Source: an uncultured Planctomycetota bacterium
GTDB lineage: Bacteria; Planctomycetota; Planctomycetia; Isosphaerales; Isosphaeraceae
Assembly: GCA_963845755.1 (NCBI GenBank)
Contig: CAWJTV010000018.1
Span: 72,704-136,703, forward strand
DNA: 64,000 nucleotides
Direction of reading: 5' to 3'
In this document: in pieces, positions 49,414-59,740 of the stretch
Layout: each line of letters opens with the position of its first letter
Position numbering within the stretch: the stretch's first letter is position 1
Program-made: the position numbers and the translations under genes
Notes under the pieces: generated by a model
Seen by the model: only the letters and a program-made list of their open reading frames with translations
Told to the model about the DNA's origin: nothing
The model's database searches: none

Positions 49414-50589
49414 ATGCGTGTTCTTCACTACTACAACTGGGGGTACTTCGAACCGATTAGTTGCGGCGCGGACGTGGTCGCATCGAATCAGTTGGAGTAC
49501 TTTCACCGTCGTGGCTGGGATGTCGATATCGTGCTGCACGCTCAACCGTGGCGCACTCATCATGCAGACGCGTTCCAGGCGCGATATCCCTGGATCCGAT
49601 CCGTGCAGGTCGTCGATATGCCCTCGGGAGATTTCACGTTCCGTGGCCAGCTTTTCGCTCATCGACGGCTCGCGCGTTCCGAGCTCTACCGGAAACTGGC
49701 GCAGCAGGGACACGATCTCTTCTTGACGAATTATGTGTTCTCGGCGCCGCTGCTCGAGGCATTACCGAGCGGTTGCCTCAAGATTCTGGAGGCGGTCGAT
49801 ATCATGACTCATTCCTTCGCGCTGAACGAGCGGATTCACAATCCTGAACGAGACCCGATGTCGCGGGCTCGCGATCGCTTTACCTGGAATACCGAGCTGG
49901 AGCTTTATCGTCTCTTCGATAGCGTTCTGTTCCTCAACGAGGATGAGAGCCGACTGGTGGCACCTCGGCTTCCCGGACGGACTCACACGGTTCCCTCGAT
50001 GATGCCCTGGGAGAGCCGACCGGATCGGGAAACCGAAACCACCCCGGCGGTGGATGAGACGTTCGACCTGATCTTCGTGGGCAGCGAGGCACACGCGAAC
50101 CTGAGAGCCATCACCTCCTTCTACCGCGAGATCTTCGTGCCCTACTTGCGGAAACTTCAGATCAAGATGGCGGTCGTCGGAAAGGTCTGCGATCGTCTGG
50201 ACTTTTCTGATTGGTACGTGACCAAGCTGGGCGTCATCCCCGGGGATCTTCGGGAGTATTACGAGCGGTCCAAGATCGTCATCGTACCGATCCTCGAAGG
50301 GAGCGGCCTCTCCATCAAGACCATCGAATGCCTGGCAAACGGACGAGCCGTGGCAACGACCCCGGTGGGGGCTCGGGGACTTCGCCACGATCCCGAGGCA
50401 TTCCTCCAGCTCGATATGGCCCGAGATCCGCGGGGCACGGCCGAGGCGATCCTTGATCTCCTGGCCTCCGAGCCGAAACGGCTCCGCATGCAACGCGCAG
50501 CCCGCGACTACTATCGGACCCATTTCGGTGCGGACCGCTATTTTCGCGCCATGGACGAGGTTATGAGCTCGATCGGTATACCCGCCTAG
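49414..50589 (+). CDS. GT4-family glycosyltransferase
   Basis: FVGS...N, VPILEGSGLSIKTIECLANG and TTPVGARG. Confidence 0.85.
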   Translation: MRVLHYYNWGYFEPISCGADVVASNQLEYFHRRGWDVDIVLHAQPWRTHHADAFQARYPWIRSVQVVDMPSGDFTFRGQLFAHRRLARSELYRKLAQQGHDLFLTNYVFSAPLLEALPSGCLKILEAVDIMTHSFALNERIHNPERDPMSRARDRFTWNTELELYRLFDSVLFLNEDESRLVAPRLPGRTHTVPSMMPWESRPDRETETTPAVDETFDLIFVGSEAHANLRAITSFYREIFVPYLRKLQIKMAVVGKVCDRLDFSDWYVTKLGVIPGDLREYYERSKIVIVPILEGSGLSIKTIECLANGRAVATTPVGARGLRHDPEAFLQLDMARDPRGTAEAILDLLASEPKRLRMQRAARDYYRTHFGADRYFRAMDEVMSSIGIPA

Positions 50590-50792
50590 GGTCGAGTCAC
50601 TCGGGAATCGATGGGTGGAACTCCCGGCGTTAGCCGGTCCTTTCCGCCTGAAGGCGGACCTCAACCGATCAAGGGAAGGTTAACCGGTCACGAGTCGCTG
50701 AGTCGTGGGAAGGCGAATTATCGCAAGGACTTGGCCGCGATCAGCGGCGGTTTCTCCAGAGTCCTGGAGATCAGGGGAAAGGGACAATCGCG

Positions 50793-51935
50793 ATGATCCA
50801 ACACCGGCTTCGTCAGTTCGGCGACACGCTCCGACGACTGCTCAAGGTCACCACGCTGGCCGAGCACGAAGCGGTGTTGCAGCGTATCGAGTCGCTCAGT
50901 TCCCAGATGAACGCGCTTCCTCGACTCATCCGGTCCGAAGCGGCTGCCGGTCTCGAGACGACCTTGCAGTCGGCCTGTGAGTTGGAGGAGCGTCTTCGCC
51001 TGATGTTGGACTCCGAACTGGGACGCACCGCGATGACTCAGGAAGCCCGATTCGAAGAGCTCCGAACCAATATTCAAACTTATATCGATATCATCAAAAG
51101 TTGGGACCTGGATCGCTGGAAGATCGCGGAGTATGAGGGCCTCCTGCGCTACCTCCGCAGGCAGGATTATCTGCGTGCGATCCGCGAGGGGAGCCTGGCC
51201 GTACCCCGGCTGGAAACCCAACATCCCGTTGCCGTCTCGTCCAATGATACCAAGTTCCCACGGGGCAGCCGGAACGACAACTCGATCGCTCCTCGCTTTA
51301 ACCGCAAACTCTACGGGTTCCTGGGGAACGATTCCGACCTCCGGGTGCTCGACATCGGCTGCGCGGGGGGTGGGTTCGTCCGCTCGCTGATCGACGACGG
51401 ACATTTCGCCGTGGGGCTCGATGGGAGCGATTACCCACTCTTGAATCAGACCGGAGAGTGGGCTACGATATCATTGCATTTGTTCACATGTGATGTGACG
51501 AAGCCGTTCCGGCTCACGAACAGCGCGACGGGCGAACCGCTGCTGTTCGAGGCCATCACGGCCTGGGAACTGATGGAGCATATCTCCGAGGACAGCCTTG
51601 GCGGTCTGTTCGAGAATCTCGACCGTCACCTGGCCCCCAACGGCTCGCTCCTGTTCTCGGTCGCGACTTTCCTCGATTGGGATCCTCGGACCGGGACCAT
51701 CTGGCACGTCACGGTCAAGCCGCGCGGATGGTGGGAAGAGCTGTTCGCCAAGCAGGGGTTCATCGTGGAGGATCAGCATCCCTTCGGTAAGGACGACTGG
51801 ATTCGCGGTTCCGGCCGATGCCGGGGGGACTGGCACGAAGACGACGGTCTCGGTTTTCATGTGGTCCTGAGAAGGAAGGGTGCCTCGAGGGCGCTCTCCC
51901 AGGGTAAGAGCGAATGGCGAGCGTCCGTGGCATGA
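50793..51935 (+). CDS. SAM-dependent methyltransferase with an N-terminal coiled coil
   Basis: VLDIGCAGGG, AWELMEHI and HLAPNG. Confidence 0.85.
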   Translation: MIQHRLRQFGDTLRRLLKVTTLAEHEAVLQRIESLSSQMNALPRLIRSEAAAGLETTLQSACELEERLRLMLDSELGRTAMTQEARFEELRTNIQTYIDIIKSWDLDRWKIAEYEGLLRYLRRQDYLRAIREGSLAVPRLETQHPVAVSSNDTKFPRGSRNDNSIAPRFNRKLYGFLGNDSDLRVLDIGCAGGGFVRSLIDDGHFAVGLDGSDYPLLNQTGEWATISLHLFTCDVTKPFRLTNSATGEPLLFEAITAWELMEHISEDSLGGLFENLDRHLAPNGSLLFSVATFLDWDPRTGTIWHVTVKPRGWWEELFAKQGFIVEDQHPFGKDDWIRGSGRCRGDWHEDDGLGFHVVLRRKGASRALSQGKSEWRASVA

Positions 51936-52033
51936 TCGGTATTGGTCCCTCAGGCGGCTGAGTCGCAACCCCGAATGACGAAGCCTCCTCGAGCAGGGTG
52001 TGGACTTCTCTTTCCCATGCATTCAGGAGTCGA

Positions 52034-52981
52034 ATGAAGATGGAAATCCTCGTCACCGGAGCGACCGGCTTCGTCGGGACTGGTCTTTCCACATATCTCG
52101 AATCGTTAGGGCACCGGGTCGTTCGCCTCGGCTCCCGGAATTGCGACCTCACCAAGCCCGATTCCTTGCAAGATCTCGCTGACCGTCGCTACGATCAGAT
52201 CTACCATCTCGCGGCCTGGACCCAGGCCGGCGACTTCTGCCTGTACCATCCGGGCGAGCAGTGGATCATCAACCAGCAGATCAACACCAATGTCCTTGCC
52301 TGGTGGCAGCGGCATCAGCCCCAGGCGAAATTGATCACGATGGGAACGAGTTGTGCTTACCCGCCCGACCGCGAGCTCATCGAGGAGAACTATCTCGAGG
52401 GCCAGCCGATCGAGAGCCTCTTCAGCTACGGGATGACGAAGCGGATGCTCTATGCGGGACTGATTGCCCTTCGACGGCAATACGGGCTGCGCTATCTGTA
52501 CCTGATCCCATCGACCTTGTATGGGCCGGAGTACCACATGGACGGGCGACAGATGCACTTCATCTTCGACCTGATTCGCAAGATTCTCCTCGCACGTCGT
52601 GATGGCACTCCCGCGGTGCTCTGGGGCGATGGTCATCAGCGCAGGGAAATCGTCCATCTCGATGATTTCGTGAGGGTGGCGGCCCGGCTGGCGGAGACCG
52701 TCGATGACACGGTCGTCAACATCGGTGCCGGCGAGGAGTTCTCGATCCGCGAATTCGCTAGCACGATCTGCGAGCTGACCGGCTACGATTTTGATCGGAT
52801 CCAGTTCGACACGTCGAGGTACGTGGGGGCCAGGTCCAAGTGTTTGTCCGTGGCGAGACTTCAAGGGCTCATGCCGGACTTAGCGCTCACTCCATTGCGG
52901 CAAGGTCTATCGCAAATGATCCGATGGTTTGAAGACCATTTCAACGCGTGCAACGATCACTCGACTCCGGCGGCCGCATGA
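52034..52981 (+). CDS. GDP-L-fucose synthase-like epimerase/reductase
   Basis: ILVTGATGFVG, GTSCAYP, YGMTK, LYGP and WGDGHQRRE. Confidence 0.85.
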   Translation: MKMEILVTGATGFVGTGLSTYLESLGHRVVRLGSRNCDLTKPDSLQDLADRRYDQIYHLAAWTQAGDFCLYHPGEQWIINQQINTNVLAWWQRHQPQAKLITMGTSCAYPPDRELIEENYLEGQPIESLFSYGMTKRMLYAGLIALRRQYGLRYLYLIPSTLYGPEYHMDGRQMHFIFDLIRKILLARRDGTPAVLWGDGHQRREIVHLDDFVRVAARLAETVDDTVVNIGAGEEFSIREFASTICELTGYDFDRIQFDTSRYVGARSKCLSVARLQGLMPDLALTPLRQGLSQMIRWFEDHFNACNDHSTPAAA

Positions 52982-53417
52982 GGGCGGCCGAGCCCGAATG
53001 ACCTCACAACCTCAGAATGGCTAGTCAGTTGGGTCGGCGCGAATGCCCATCGACCTTGGGCGTTTACGTCGCCCGGCTGACGTCTTGCATTCCTGGGTGT
53101 GGTTGGAGGTCCGCCGTCTACAACACGGGCTGCAACTCAGGTTCAACCCCTGGGGTTCGCCAAATCGCCTCGGATTCCTTCAATCTGTCGATCGGGTTCC
53201 GCCGATTGTTCTTGGGAAGACCACTCGCGCGATGCCGGACATTCGACTTCCTATCCTGTCTGGGACCTTGGCGGCCGGTGAGGTCGTCCTGGGTGCTCGT
53301 TCCGACCAAGGTCAGGAGTGGGTCGGACGGCCGTTGACCGAGTTCTCCAGTCTCGGTGTTCCCGTGTGACATTCGGGGCGATCATTCCCCGAGGAACCTC
53401 TCAGGACGGGCGAGATC

Positions 53418-54446
53418 ATGATTATCACGCAGACGCCGTTACGGATCAGCTTCCTCGGGGGTGGGACGGACTATCCCGAGTATTTTGAGAAGCATGGTGG
53501 GGCGATCCTCGGGACGGCCGTGAACAAATCGGCATTCTTCAGCGTGTCGCGGTTCTACAGCAAGATGTTCGATTATTCGATCCGGATCGCTTACCGCAAG
53601 GTGGAATGCGTCAATTCAATCGATGATCTGGAGCATGCGCCGTTCCGGGAATGCCTCCGCTGGGCCGATATCACCGAGGAAATCGAGGTCAACCACTCGT
53701 CGGAGTTGCCGGCGTTCACCGGCCTCGGTTCATCGTCGTCGTTCGTTGTGGGGCTGTTGAACACGCTTTACGCGTTCCGTCGCCGACTGGTTCCGCGCCT
53801 GGATCTCGCCTACGAGGCGATCGATCTCGAGCGGGGCGTGCTCAAGGAGTCGGTGGGTTGCCAGGATCAGACGCTGGCCGCGGTCGGTGGATTCAACCTG
53901 ATCGAGTTCCGCGGCATGGGCAACTTCGCGATCCATCGCGTCCCGTTCACCCCCAGCCGACTCGAGGCGTTCGAGAATCATCTGCTCGTGTTCTTCACGG
54001 GCATCAAGCGGAAGGCCGAGGAGCTCGCCGCGCGGCAGGTCCGGAACGTCGTCCAGAATCGGCCCTATCTCAAGGAGATGCGCCGGCTCGTCGATGAAGG
54101 GTATGAACTCCTCTCCGGGGGAGGAAGCTTGACCGCCTTCGGCGGATTGTTGCACCGGTCGTGGGAGCTCAAGAGGCAGCTCGATCAGACGATTTCCAAC
54201 GACGTGATCGATGCCATGTATCGGGCGGGGATCGAGGCCGGGGCGCTCGGCGGGAAGCTGCTCGGGGCCGGCGGTGGAGGCTTCTTGCTCTTCTTCGTTC
54301 CTCCCGAGAAACGGGCTGCGGTCGAGCTGCGCCTCGCCGAGTTCCAGCGCGTGGATTTTCGCGTGGACGAACCCGGTTCCCAGATCATTCACTGCGGGGC
54401 CGACACGCGGGTGACCGGGTCGTTTCGGTCCCGGGAGGCCGTATGA
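53418..54446 (+). CDS. hddA: D-glycero-alpha-D-manno-heptose 7-phosphate kinase-like GHMP kinase
   Basis: TPLRISFLGGGTD, GLGSSS, GCQDQ and GGKLLGAGGGGF. Confidence 0.8.
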   Translation: MIITQTPLRISFLGGGTDYPEYFEKHGGAILGTAVNKSAFFSVSRFYSKMFDYSIRIAYRKVECVNSIDDLEHAPFRECLRWADITEEIEVNHSSELPAFTGLGSSSSFVVGLLNTLYAFRRRLVPRLDLAYEAIDLERGVLKESVGCQDQTLAAVGGFNLIEFRGMGNFAIHRVPFTPSRLEAFENHLLVFFTGIKRKAEELAARQVRNVVQNRPYLKEMRRLVDEGYELLSGGGSLTAFGGLLHRSWELKRQLDQTISNDVIDAMYRAGIEAGALGGKLLGAGGGGFLLFFVPPEKRAAVELRLAEFQRVDFRVDEPGSQIIHCGADTRVTGSFRSREAV

Positions 54447-55394
54447 GCCCGCCAGGTTCCCTGGAGGTATGTCCGGTCGTGATCCTGGCCGGAGGGCTGG
54501 GCACGCGGCTACTCCCCGCGGTATCCGACCGCCCGAAAGGGTTGGCACCGATCGGCGATCGACCCTTTCTGGAGATCCAGATCGAACTGCTCCGCGACCA
54601 GGGAGCGCAGGCGATTCGTGATCTGCGTCGGCCACAGGGCCTCGCAGATCCGCGATTGCCTCGGGGACGGGTCCCGTCTGGGGGTCGACATCGAATACTC
54701 GGTCGAGCCGGAGATGCTGCTGGGAACCGGAGGGGCCTTACGCCTCGCGGAGCGGTTCTTTCAGCCCTATGCACTCGTACTCAACGGCGACACGTATCTG
54801 GCTGCGAACTATACGGAGATCCTCCGGCATCATGTCGGAGAACGGGCCGAAGGAAGGCTCGGAGCGACCATGACCCTCGCGCGACTCGAGGAATCCCGGC
54901 GATTCGGGACCGTCCTCCTGGAATCGTCGGGGCGCTATGTGACCGGATTCCACGAAAAAGTCGAGAACCCGCACGACGCGGGCTGGCTCAATGCCGGCGC
55001 CTATGTGATCGAGCGTGAGTTGCTGGCGCGGATCCCTCGGGACATAACCTGCTCGCTCGAGCGAGATGTATTCCCGGCCGCCCTGGCCGATGGGATCCGG
55101 CTCGCGGCCCATCGATCGTCACAGCCCTTCTTCGATATCGGGACCGCGGAGGACTTCCAGCGGTTCCGGCGCCTCTACGACGGATGGCGCCAGCAATTGA
55201 CGCCGGAACCCGGTCGAACGTGCGGGATGATCTCGCCTCGTAACGCGCATCCCACACTTCCCACGATCGGCCGAAGCCCCAACGCGCTAGACGCGACGGA
55301 CGGATATCCCTTTCTTTCGGCCTCGGCGGGGCGCCGGAGTCGCTCTCTCTCGAACCGGCGCGCCGAACGCTCGGCACTCTGGTCGCAATCGTAG
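54443..55394 (+). CDS. Sugar-1-phosphate nucleotidyltransferase (HddC-like), frameshift near 54610
   Basis: ILAGGLGTRL...PK, LGTGGA, VLNGDTY, INAG-like LNAGAY and FDIGT; ATGA overlap with the kinase; 3' end uncertain. Confidence 0.8.
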
Positions 55395-55699
55395 TTGGTT
55401 ATAGCAGCTTCGCAACGTGTTATTTACAAGGATTAACTAACGTATTCTCTCGTGTAACGTTATACTTCGCTATGGTCCGGGATGGCAGATAGGGAGGGAT
55501 TGGACTTTCTGCCTTCCGGCGCCGAGGACCGTGGTCCCTCGCAACGATGTTCGAGGGGCGCTACCGGTTAACGGATTAACGATAGTCGATCTCGGTTATG
55601 GGCCCGCCTCCGGCGCCCGGGATGTCCGGCTCCGCTCGCCCGCGAAGGGGGATATCGGATACTCGGCGAGGAGGGCGATGAGAAGGAGTTCACGGTCTC

Positions 55700-56869
55700 G
55701 TGAATACGCGCGAGGACACCTCACGACGCGGGCCGTCGCCGCGGACTGCGCGGGTCGATCGCCCCACGCCGGTCGGATCCGCCATCGCGGATGCCCGCAA
55801 GACCGTCAAATCGTGGTATCGTGATGTTAAAAGCCGCATTTCGTATAAGTTAGGGATGATTTTATGTTCATCCAGTAATCCACGCGCCTTGCAGCTCGGG
55901 GCGGCCCGTCGGCGGGCGGAACGGCGCCTGGAACGGCGCCTGGAAGCTTGCTTGGTGGAGCAAGAGCTGCTCGAGGCCAAGTTGGCCCTGGCCGAGGAAG
56001 ACCAGCGGCAGCACGAGGCGCTCCGGGGGCGACTGGCGGCGGCTGCCGGGTTTCCCCTTCCCGTTTATGTGCTTTCCGACCTGAGGATCTCCGCCCAGCC
56101 CCGGCTGGGCTCCACCCCCAACCGCGTGTTCGTCTGCTCGATACCCAAGTCGGGCACTTATCTTGTCTCCGAGCTCCTATGTCAACTGGGGTACCAGCCG
56201 ACCCGGCTCCACCTCTGGACCGATGGGCTCTCGGATTATCGATCCGCGACGCTCCGCGAGGCGCGCGAGGAGTATCATCGATTCAGCCTGTCCATGCCGC
56301 TGGCGCGATCCGCGAGCCTCGTGCTCCCGGGCCAGTTCGGCGTCGGGCACCTGGAATGCACCGAGGAGATCCGTCACTGCCTCTCAGAATTTAAGATAAT
56401 ATTTACATATCGTAATATAAAAGATTCTTTTGTATCACATATGCGATTTATGTGTGATACAGGTCGATGCAAGCTCGCTCCCGACGAGTGGAATACCCTG
56501 CCCGAGGGTCCGGAGCGGATGCTGGCCTACATGGAGAGCGAGCCCGGGAGGTCATTCATTCGCCTCTGCCGCCCGATGATCGACTGGGTCAACGCGCCGG
56601 GCGTGTTCCACTTGCCATTCGAGCAACTCTATGGAGATTGGGGCGAGGATTCGCGCCTCGGGTTGATCCGAACCCTTCACGAGTTCCTGGAGATCTCGGA
56701 TGGCTCCGACGGACTTCCTGAACTCCTCCCGTCGATCCTGGGCCGGCCCACCCTCACCTGGTCCGGTCGCCGTACCGAGCGCGATCGGTACTGGGATGAC
56801 GCCGTCCAGGAGCGATTCTGCTCGCTCGGAGGTGATGCGATGAACGCGTCACTGGGTTACGAAGTGTGA
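55700..56869 (+). CDS. Sulfotransferase-domain protein
   Basis: SIPKSGT (5'-PSB loop) and YRNIKDSFVS (3'-PB motif); start uncertain. Confidence 0.75.
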   Translation: MNTREDTSRRGPSPRTARVDRPTPVGSAIADARKTVKSWYRDVKSRISYKLGMILCSSSNPRALQLGAARRRAERRLERRLEACLVEQELLEAKLALAEEDQRQHEALRGRLAAAAGFPLPVYVLSDLRISAQPRLGSTPNRVFVCSIPKSGTYLVSELLCQLGYQPTRLHLWTDGLSDYRSATLREAREEYHRFSLSMPLARSASLVLPGQFGVGHLECTEEIRHCLSEFKIIFTYRNIKDSFVSHMRFMCDTGRCKLAPDEWNTLPEGPERMLAYMESEPGRSFIRLCRPMIDWVNAPGVFHLPFEQLYGDWGEDSRLGLIRTLHEFLEISDGSDGLPELLPSILGRPTLTWSGRRTERDRYWDDAVQERFCSLGGDAMNASLGYEV

Positions 56870-57670
56870 CGGTTGGCGATCTCCGGCAACTTCGACCCGG
56901 AGTGGCTGGGGCTTGATGCCCCGCACCATCGCGCGAATGCCTTCGATGCGGATCGAGCCGTCGGGCTGGATTCTTGGCGTAAATCCTCGCGCGGGTGCAC
57001 CCGCCAACAGCGATCGACGGACGTTCTCCTTGGTGTCGACGGGAGTGCCCCGGTCGAACCACTCGTCGAAATCGAGCGGGTACGTTTCCTCGATCAGCCG
57101 GATCTCCGCCAAGCCCGCCGCGGCGAAGAGGTCGACGATTGCGCCTCCGGTCAAGCTCCGAGTGTGGGTATGGTCGCGTGACCATTCGATGAGCCGGTGA
57201 TTCTCCGCGCGAACCGGGTCGGGGTCCGTCAAGTGGTCGCTGACGACCAGGATGCCACCCGGCCGCAACAAGGCGACCTGCCGCATCACGAAGGCCGATG
57301 GGTCGACGATGTGGTGAAGGACGAAGCGCGACAACGCCCCGTCGAACGGGCCGAGCGCGTCGAGCCGGCCATCGAAGACGGAGACCTGGAGGAAATCGGC
57401 CCGCGAACTGTGAGGTGCACACCGGTTTCGCGCCCGCTCGATCATCTCCCGCGAGAGGTCAACGCCTACCACGCGAAACCCGGCATTCAGCAGTGCGGCG
57501 CTGACCAGGCCCGGCCCGCAGCCGGCGTCGAGCACCGTACCGCCCGCCGGGAGATCGGCCTGGCGGACCAACCGATCGAGCGCGATCGGATCGCTTTGCA
57601 CCGGGGCACGCTCGAAGTGCGGTGCCTGCGAGTCGAAGGCCCGCGCGAGGTTCTGGTCGTGGTCGGTCAT
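56849..57670 (-). CDS. Class I SAM-dependent methyltransferase
   Basis: VLDAGCGPG, GVDLS, FVLHH and LRPGG. Confidence 0.85.
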   Translation of the reverse strand: MTDHDQNLARAFDSQAPHFERAPVQSDPIALDRLVRQADLPAGGTVLDAGCGPGLVSAALLNAGFRVVGVDLSREMIERARNRCAPHSSRADFLQVSVFDGRLDALGPFDGALSRFVLHHIVDPSAFVMRQVALLRPGGILVVSDHLTDPDPVRAENHRLIEWSRDHTHTRSLTGGAIVDLFAAAGLAEIRLIEETYPLDFDEWFDRGTPVDTKENVRRSLLAGAPARGFTPRIQPDGSIRIEGIRAMVRGIKPQPLRVEVAGDRQPSHFVTQ

Positions 57671-57701
57671 TGGTCACTCGTCATTGGTCATTGGTGGCCA
57701 T
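57665..57701. repeat. Short TGGTCAT-type heptamer tract overlapping a start codon
   Basis: GGTCAT TGGTCAC TCGTCAT TGGTCAT TGGTGGC. Confidence 0.6.
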
Positions 57702-57750
57702 GTCCGGAATGCACGGCGAATCGGTGAGGGCAGGGGGCTCATGCGACTGT

Positions 57751-59523
57751 CTACTTCGAGCGGAACACGAACTTGCCTCCGACCATCGTCCACAGGACTT
57801 TGGTTGACGGAAGATCATCCTCGGGACAGGTGAGCGGGTCGCGGTCGACGAGGATCAGATCGGCGAGCTTGCCGGGTTCGATCGAGCCTTTGTCGCATTC
57901 TTCGAAGTGAAGGCGGGCATTGTTGATGGTGTAGAACTGGATGGCCTCGGCGCGCGTCAACCGCTGGTCGATGCTAAGTTGACCTCCGCCTTCGACCTTC
58001 TGGGTCACCGCGATCCAGATACCGAGCCAGGGGTCCCAGGGGTTGGTTGCGGCGATCGGGTCCATCCGGATCATGTGGTCGCTGCCGCCGCCGATCGTGA
58101 CACCGGCGTCGAGCCATTTCCGATAGGGATGGAACCACTCCATGCGACGCGGGCCGAGCACGTTAAGGAGGGTGCGTGCGTCCTTCCAGAGCCAGGCGGG
58201 CTGAAGGTCCGCGGCGACGCCCATCGCGGCGCATCGCTCGAGGTTCCGGGCCGAGGTGAAGTTGGCATGGGTGATCAACCAGCGACGGCCCCGGATCCCG
58301 ACGAGCCGGTCGGCCCGGTCGTAGGCGGTCAGTAACTCGTCCATGCCGGCCTCGCCGGCGCAGTGTGCGGTCATCTGCCAGCCGCGGCGGGCGGCCTCCT
58401 CGGCGATCATCGCCAGGTGATCGGGCGGGATGAAGAGGAGCCCTCGGTAGGCCGGCTCGGTGATCTGATAGGTCGGTCCTGTGCCCCAAGGCTCGCGCAT
58501 ATAGGCCGTGCCGTTGAGCATGCCGCCGTCGAGGAAGACCTTCATCGGTCCGATCCGGACCCAGTAGTCGCCGAATCCCGTCGGGCCATAAGCCTCCCCG
58601 GCCTTGTCGTAATTCGCCAGCTCCTTGAGCTTGGCCACGATAGTTGCGCGGTCGGAGAAGGGGGGAGTGAGGATCCGGGTCGCGTTGATCCGTACGGTCA
58701 GCTCGCCCCGGTCGCGCAGGCCGCGGTAGAGCTGGATCGCCGGCACGCTCGCCCCGCGGTCGGCGATGCTCGTCAAGCCGCGACTGTTGTAGATCCCGAA
58801 CAGTTCCTTGACCCGACCGATGTCCGGCTGCGCATCGTCGCCATAGGCGTCGCCGGGCAGGTCCTTCAGCGCCGAGTAGGCGTTGCGCATCATCCCGGTC
58901 GGCTCGCCGGTCTGCGGGTCCTTGACGATCCGGCCGGCGGGTGGGTCGGGCGTGTCGCGGGTGATCCCCGAGTAGCGGAGGGCCTTCGTATTAACGATCC
59001 CGGCCGGCCCTCCCGAATGCAAGACCATGTGGTCGGGCGCGACGCGGTCCAGCTCCTCCCGGGTCGGGAACCGGCTCTCCTTCAACCGGGTCGGGAACGC
59101 GTAACGTGCGACGATCCACGTCCCCTTGGGCTGAGCTTTCACCCGGTCGGCAAAATACGTCAGCACATCAGCAAGCTTGTCGAACGACGGGATCTCGTGA
59201 TCTTTCTCGCTATGCGCCGCGCCCAGCGGGTGGACGTGGCTGTCATACAGGCCGGGCAGGAGGGCTTTCCCTCCGGCGTCGATGATCCGCGTCGCCGGCC
59301 CGGCCAGGTGGGCGATGTCTGCGTTCGAGCCGGCCGCCAGCACGCGATCCCCGCGGATCGCGACGGCCTCGGCGATGCGGAACTCGCGATCGACGGTGAT
59401 CACCTTGGCATGGCGGAGGATCAGGTCGGCCGAGCGAGGTTCGTCGCCGTTGAGGGCCGGGCCGGCGATCAGGATGACGGTGAGCCAGAGGATGCATCGC
59501 ATGCCGATTCGAGCGTGGCGCAT
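57751..59523 (-). CDS. Secreted amidohydrolase (amidohydrolase_3/YtcJ-like)
   Basis: Signal peptide, PGLYDSHVH, KVFLDG, HCAGE, GGSDH and GSIEPGKLADL. Confidence 0.9.
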   Translation of the reverse strand: MRHARIGMRCILWLTVILIAGPALNGDEPRSADLILRHAKVITVDREFRIAEAVAIRGDRVLAAGSNADIAHLAGPATRIIDAGGKALLPGLYDSHVHPLGAAHSEKDHEIPSFDKLADVLTYFADRVKAQPKGTWIVARYAFPTRLKESRFPTREELDRVAPDHMVLHSGGPAGIVNTKALRYSGITRDTPDPPAGRIVKDPQTGEPTGMMRNAYSALKDLPGDAYGDDAQPDIGRVKELFGIYNSRGLTSIADRGASVPAIQLYRGLRDRGELTVRINATRILTPPFSDRATIVAKLKELANYDKAGEAYGPTGFGDYWVRIGPMKVFLDGGMLNGTAYMREPWGTGPTYQITEPAYRGLLFIPPDHLAMIAEEAARRGWQMTAHCAGEAGMDELLTAYDRADRLVGIRGRRWLITHANFTSARNLERCAAMGVAADLQPAWLWKDARTLLNVLGPRRMEWFHPYRKWLDAGVTIGGGSDHMIRMDPIAATNPWDPWLGIWIAVTQKVEGGGQLSIDQRLTRAEAIQFYTINNARLHFEECDKGSIEPGKLADLILVDRDPLTCPEDDLPSTKVLWTMVGGKFVFRSK

Positions 59524-59740
59524 CAGGGCGATTCCTCCCTACGATAGCCAGTCTACAACTTTTCCCGATTATACCAAACTTCGCCAGGAGATACCGGGCG
59601 GTGGATTGCTCTGCACGCCAGATCATCCTGGTTCCAAGTCCCATGAGCCGATAACCCGGGAACCCGACCTGATGAATCGGGAACCCGAATTCGGAGGGAG
59701 AGAGGTCACTGATCCTTCGTTACGTGTCACAAGTTCGGCG

